Shown: positions 51,641 through 58,060 of the stretch, piece after piece | Layout of the letters: every line of letters begins with the position of its first letter | How positions within the stretch are numbered: position 1 is the stretch's first letter | Source of the DNA: Trichoplax sp. H2 | Lineage: Eukaryota | Reading direction: 5' to 3' | Assembly (NCBI GenBank): GCA_003344405.1 | Contig: NOWV01000156.1 | Coordinates: 124,001-182,060, forward strand | DNA length: 58,060 bases | Position numbers and translations under genes: made by a program | The notes under the pieces: model-generated | What the model was told of the DNA's origin: nothing | Databases searched by the model: none | Seen by the model: the letters and a program-made list of their open reading frames with translations, nothing else

Positions 51641-53009
51641 AATTATATTTTACTTACAAAGAAGTGTTTTTAAATAGCTTGCCAATACGATCAAACTTTC
51701 AACCTTGAATCAGAAATAGAGCTAATATAAATTATTCTCCATTTGACCTGTGATCTTTTCCTCGCCAATATTTTTAGTAATCAATATTTTATTGATTTGA
51801 ATAATAACTATATAGAATCAATGATGGAAATAATAAAATGAACTAAGATTTCAAGCTGAGTCTCATTAACTACCACCTAAGCTGTTATATAGGCCTTGAA
51901 AAGATCACAAAAGAATGAATATCAGGGTATCCTGAAAAGGTTCCATTGAAAATTGTTAATGGCAGACATAAAACAATACAACCAATTTGCTTTCCATGTA
52001 ATAATTTACCAATATCGATGACTTGGCTCTGTTCTAATGGAGAATTAATCCTTGATGCACCGCGATAGAATAATAATGAAAAATGCCTTGCAGTTTAATC
52101 GACTTTTCGTTGACGTAGCGTCTTTTGAATATAGATCAAAAAGAGGATTAATGGATCCACTACCGGCTAGAGTATTCGTCAAGGGAATGAAGAAGAGTAT
52201 GAAAAAAAGTTCTTGACTCATTCAATAATGGCTTCGTGCAATACTGATTGAAGAATCAAGACTCCATTAACTTTTATCTTCTAAAATAGCACTAAACGCC
52301 TTTTAATTTCAATAGACTCGAATCTAGCTCGTAGCTGCTTGACCACTTCGCCTTTAAATAAGAAGAACTAAAATAGAAACGATTTAATTTAATATTCAAA
52401 AAGGTTGAAGATGGGTATCCAATCTTTAATCGATTTGCTATGCGATACCTTGAAAAAATATTGAGAAAATTACAGATTATTAACTAGAAGAGCCAACTTT
52501 ACTTTCATAACGTTCAATGGCGAAATCATCACGAATATATTATTAATAATAAATGGAGGAAAGAAAAATGTCAGAGAGTATTCCTATATCGAGTTAGTTG
52601 GATCGTGTTTTACACCTAGGCGGACTAATTCATCTCTAGTAATCGAGTTTACTAATCAAGGTAAATATTTTGTCTACAATTTTGACGGCAGAGGTGATAA
52701 TGAGCGGTAGTAGCAAGTGGAATGTTATTGATGTAAGGTAGAGAAGACAATTACTCTTCTCGCTTGATTTAATACAATTATATTGGTAAATTTTGTTAGA
52801 CTGAGATTGGCGAAAAGAGTTTAATAGCAAAGCAACAATAGATTACTATTTCTTATAGTTTAGGAACACTTTATCGGATTGAATGATTGAGTGGATAGCA
52901 GATGCAATAATAACAACAACAACAGCAATAATAAAAATAAAATGAAAAAGAATTTCTGCCTTGAATTTGATCGCTACTACTTCATCATCTAGAAATCAGT
53001 GTTGAACAG

Positions 53010-54100
53010 ATAAGTTACTCTAGTTTACTATGTATTTAAACTTTAAAGGGATCATCTTGCCGATAAAGAAGAGAGTAAAGTAATTGTCATTGATAAAAAA
53101 TAGATTGCTAACTCTAGTTTACTACGTATTGAAATTTAAAAGGATCATCTTACCGGCAAAAAAGGGAATAAATTAATTGTCATTTATAACCATTTAATAG
53201 ATATTTGCAAACAAAATCTATTTCTCTCGTATAAATTACGGGTATATTGTCTAACTACTTGAAAAGATCAAATCATCCGCTGCCTATGAAGGTGTAGATG
53301 ATAGACATATGTAAAGTTTTTAATGGACAGATTTGATACAAATAGAATTGTTAATGGGAAGTAAAAATTGAAAATATACTATAGAACTACTTGAAAAGAT
53401 TACTTTATATATATATATATAATGGTTGTAATGGGTAGATAGATTATATTTAAAATGGAGTTGTTAATGGGAAGTAGAAGTTAGAGGTACGATGTAAAAA
53501 CTACTTGAAAATATCGCTCCATCTTGTTGACAAAGAAGAAGTAAAGGAGCTGATAGTGATAAAGCTTTAATTAGTATTTTTAAAAATTTAACTGCTCATG
53601 TAATAAAGTAAAGTCGATGATATTTTCATATTAAATCTTTTATTAGAGCATAAAATTAGTGATGTAGAATAACTTAAAAATAGGGCGTCATCCTGCTAGC
53701 AAATTAGTCTGCAGTAATTGATATTTATGGCTATATCTATGAAGAGCATAAAATTAGTTATATAATGCTTCAAATAGAGCGCTATCGTACTAGCTAAGAA
53801 GGCATAAACTAGCTAATAATATATATAATTATAAATCTACCCTTGGAAGGTATGAAAATTTGAGATGTAGAACTACTTCAAAATATTATGCTATTTTAAT
53901 TACTAAGAACGAGTAAAAGTAAAGGATACCAATAAAATATGAGTTAATATTTTATATCCCTATTCATACATGACAAGTGCAAGTTTAGAGATATACTTGA
54001 AAATATCGTATCGTCTTCCTCGCTAAGAGCAGTAAATTAGCCGATATTTATATTTAGAAAATATAAAATTAATCAGGTACAACTACCTAAAATATTAAAG
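53010..54100. repeat. Degenerate ~100-125-bp tandem array
   Basis: ACTCTAGTTTACTA...AAAGGATCATCTT occurs twice (53017, 53111). AACTACT(T)GAAAA-like anchors follow at ~53253, 53385, 53499, 53871 and 54081. Confidence 0.6.
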
Positions 54101-57019
54101 AATTTTCCTTCCCATAAAGGATTAAGGCTTATGCTATTTCTAAAATAAGGGTTGACCTAATTTTCATTCAGACTATATATGTGTGAAAAGTATAAAATTA
54201 GAGATACAGAACTATCTGAAATGTCATACTGTTATGCTCCCTAAGATGGAATAAAGTAGCTGATGATAATAAATTTTGCGTTGATTTAATATAAAATCTA
54301 CTGTATTTGTCCATAGGAATTATCTCTTTAGAGGTGGAACTGATTCGTGAAATTGAATATTGTCTATTGTAACATAGGATTATTTCATACTTCTGTAATC
54401 TACAGGGCCGATAACTATTTATCAAACACGATTAATTCTTTCCTTTTCTCGCTTAAATCTTTTCGTTTACTGATCAAAATAACTCCGTAAAATAACAGTC
54501 CGAATAACTGTTTGTTGGATAAATGCTCGTCGTTGTTGTCAATAATATTAACATTCTACGGATTACTTTTCCGATAAATTTTCAATTCAAATCTTTTAAA
54601 TAATGAACGTCAGAACAATAAATCGTAGCCTATTTAATAGTTTAGACAATCCTCTAAATTGATTGTACTTCATAATATATAGTTAATAGTTGCAAGAATA
54701 AAATCAATATTCAACTAGAGACAGGGAGGGAGGAGAGATGCAGACAGGTTAAACAAATACAAAAAAATTGATTCCTATTATCCAAATCAATTGTCCAATA
54801 ACATTACCTAAATCCGACTATTAAGTAATAAATAAATAGGATAGTACATCGCACTGTAGAATATCAATTACCGTCAGAACCATCTGGACAATAAAATAGA
54901 TGATAGTTTGATAATTTAAAAAGAGACAAATGAAAATGTAATAATATACAAGGAATTTAACTTCTATTTAGGATACAACTCTAATCTAATTCATTCGAAA
55001 ATCAGTCCAATCACAACAGAATAGAAATGGCTAGACCGTGGTGATAGAATAGGCAATGAAAGCGATAAAAACGTGTAGAAATTAAAACAAAATTACGAAA
55101 AAAACTCTAATTCAACAGTATCTGTAAAATTCTACATTAAAGATCGCCTTCAAGACTAATTTTAAATTATTATTTGCAAATGGTGATAGTCTATCTACAT
55201 AAGGAAGTAAATATCAGATCATAAAGAATCGCTTACAGAAACAATATAATAATTCAAATCAAATCAAAAATTTATCGTCTACGTATAAAGTTGATGAGTG
55301 CTCGAGTAAAAAGAGGAAAGTATAATCATAAAAGAATAACGGTATAACCTTTTTCATCAGATATGAATAATGCATGGAGGCGAAAGTAATGAATTATTTT
55401 ACATTATCAACTGCGCGTATGGTAGAAAAAGATTAGGAATGGTTCATATCTAACGGCATTCTTCGGCTAAAATAACTCGAGTTTAAACAGGAAGTTAAAA
55501 GACAGCTTTATCTACGTTAAAAGTATCTCATTAAAATTACATTTTTCAAGTACTATTACAAATATAAAGTGAAATAAGATATCGAGTAAAAGCAAACTAT
55601 ATCTATCGATTGAATAGTAGATAGAAAATTTAATTGGTCTACTCTACTAGATTTCTAGCCTTGACAGTACAAGCAAACCCTTTAAAAAATTGACTACGTA
55701 CAAAGAAGTTACAAGGATCTTAATGCCGGAATACTATATATACTTCCATGCTCCAATAGAAATAGGGCCTAGATCAAAAGAATAAAAATTGAACATAAAC
55801 TGGAGTATTATCGGGAACAAGCCGATAAATTTAGCGTCTATACAACTGAAAGAAATTGCAAGTGACGAGACATTAGCCACTATTCTAAAAGCCGCAACTA
55901 CTACTATTAAAACTACCACTACTACTTTATAAATGAATTGCTTGGGCTTATAGCAGAGATATTCATAGTCTAGCTTAGAAAAGAGACAGCAGATAATGGA
56001 GTTTACCCTAGATCTATAGATTATAGGTATGAAAAGCTAAATGCGATTAGGGAAAAAGATAGATTAATGGAGGTAGCTGAAAGACCGAAAAAATTTGAAT
56101 ACGCTTTTACAGATAAGATTGAACGAGAATTCGAGTATTCTGATTGATTACTACCAATAGATGGGATAAATACAGAAGCTAGCAATACCTTTGCCCAAAT
56201 TGGGTATTTTAAATGTTGCTAAATTATTTGAAATCATAATAATGTAATATCTATGTTTTACAGAATAAACTAGACTACCTTTGAGATTGCAAACCGGCTA
56301 AAATCGTATTGTGTTTACAGTTAGGATAGGAATTTGCAAAGGTTATATTATCCATTGACAGAATCGTTGGCCCAATACGAATAGCGTTTACTATGTAGCA
56401 GTCTTGCAATAGATTGATAAAAATGGAATGGAATTGCTAAAAACTTCACCGTAATTAAAAAATGATCAAATGAAAATCGCAACAGTATGCATGAAAAAGA
56501 AGTGAATAAAATAAGAATTGGCTTCTCAACTTAAGATTATAATTTAACTTAAAGGAATCTGAAAATTTTGATGTTTCAACGTATACTGTATAACAGGGCT
56601 GAATTGCTACTTACTACTGCAAGGTTCAAAATGGATCAGTAATAGCAGAGAGAAAGTGTTAAAAATATCGCCGTATTTAAAAAATTGATCAAGCAAATAC
56701 AATCAAGCTATACTTTATAGGAAGCTAATGATGCAGGAGTAGTCTGCTCAAGCTAAGATTGTACATCAAGCCAATTGAATCTGAGAATATTAACTTATAT
56801 AAATGAAAGAGGTTAATAAACTAAGTACTAATGTACTCTATAGTTTGAAGTGGACGAATGAAAGCAGAAAAGAATTATTAATACTCCACCATCATCAGAA
56901 ATTGGTAATAAAAGCAGTAAAACTGTATTTCGATAGAAAGAGAACGAAATAAGGATGCGCCGATCAATTTAAGATCATAGATCAATTCGGATTAACCTGA
57001 ATATTGTGAAGCATATCAA

Positions 57020-58060
57020 TGAAAAATTACTGAGTGCTCGTCTAAAATTTAAAATAGGCAAATAAAAGGAGATAATGTACATCTTGATATCTAAATATAT
57101 GTGAAGTTAAGAAGGCGCTGGTAATGAAATTAAAGCATTTAGTTCAAGTTAAATTCTTCATTCAACTACGACAAATCTCGGAATATTAATGTGCATAGAA
57201 GAAGCAGAAACAAATTGCTAAACATTCTATTTTAAGAAAGCTTAAATGAAAGTACAGTAGATAAACCACTAGTATCGGCAAAGCCAAGAGATTAAAATAG
57301 GCTATTTAAACTAAATTTAAGCCCAACTCAAAGAAATCTTAAAACACTAATGTATACGAACACGAAAGTAAAAAGGATCGACAGAAAATTGCTAAATACT
57401 CCTCTAGAATTTAAAATAGGCAAATAAAAGGAGACAAACTGTGTTTTAGGTCTTCAACTATATATGTGGTTGTGGTTGAAAAGGTGATAAAATTAGAGCA
57501 TATTGTTTAAGTCAGAAATTATAACTCAACTACAACAAATCTAAAAATTTTAATGTGCATGCAAGAAGTCGAAAGAAACATTCTACTTAAGAAAACTCAA
57601 ATAAAAGTAGATAAATCAGGAGTATCAGCAAAGCCAAGAGATTAGAGTAGGCTATTTAAACTAAACTTATAGCCCAACTCGAAGAAATTTTAAAACATTA
57701 ATGCATATGACAGCGCGTTAGTAAAAAGAGTTGACAGAAAATTACTAGAAACATTCTACTTAAGAAAACTCAAATAAAAGTAGATAAATCAGGAGTATCA
57801 GCAAAGCCAAGAGATTAGAGTAGGCTATTTATACTAAACAAGAAATTTTAAAACATTAATGCATATGACATAGCGCGTTAGTAGAAAGAGTTGACAGAAA
57901 ATTACTAAATACTCCTCTAGAATTTAAAATAGGCAAATAAGAGGAGACAAATTATATTTTGATCTCCAACTATAGATGTGGTTGTAGGTGAGAAGGTAAT
58001 AAATTAGAGCATATTACTTAAGTCAGATTATGATGCAACTACAATAAACCTCGAATTTTC
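57020..58060. repeat. ~360-bp tandem repeat with a nested ~175-bp duplication, running off the right edge
   Basis: TCTA(A/G)AATTTAAAATAGGCAAATAA(A/G)AGGAGA at ~57041, 57403 and 57916. AAACATTCTACTTAAGAAAACTCAAATAAAAGTAGATAAATCAGGAGTATCAGC at ~57576 and 57748. Confidence 0.9.

Noticed and set aside
51885-52095. ~70-codon stop-free stretch on the minus strand
   Set aside because: No ATG or convincing splice sites and no recognisable homology; the short ORFs at 52.6-55.9 kb were rejected for the same reasons.

Overview
AT-rich, intron-dense animal genomic DNA. The short GT-AG introns, intronless rhodopsin-type GPCR and 20-N gaps suggest a compact early-branching metazoan such as a placozoan (Trichoplax-like); this is inference. 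Manual splicing gives seven genes: the 5' end of TBC1D8/9 (-), a MINDY1/2 deubiquitinase (+) with a 60-bp coding VNTR and a CaaX end, an uncharacterised HEAT/ARM-repeat protein (-), MED25 (+), pitchfork/CIMAP3 (-), a divergent UMP synthase (-) and an orphan class A GPCR (-). The most striking structure is that both head-to-head gene pairs (TBC1D9/MINDY and HEAT/MED25) have related (ACTGTAG)n/GTAC-rich higher-order satellites in their shared upstream regions. Each satellite sits in a multi-kb zone of altered composition with expanded 5' introns. The UMPS carries substitutions at normally conserved substrate-binding positions. The gap-flanked segment at 24.5-25.3 kb looks like a haplotype assembly artefact, and the right-hand 14 kb is a mosaic of degenerate local tandem repeats. 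Exon coordinates were read by eye and may be off by a few bases.
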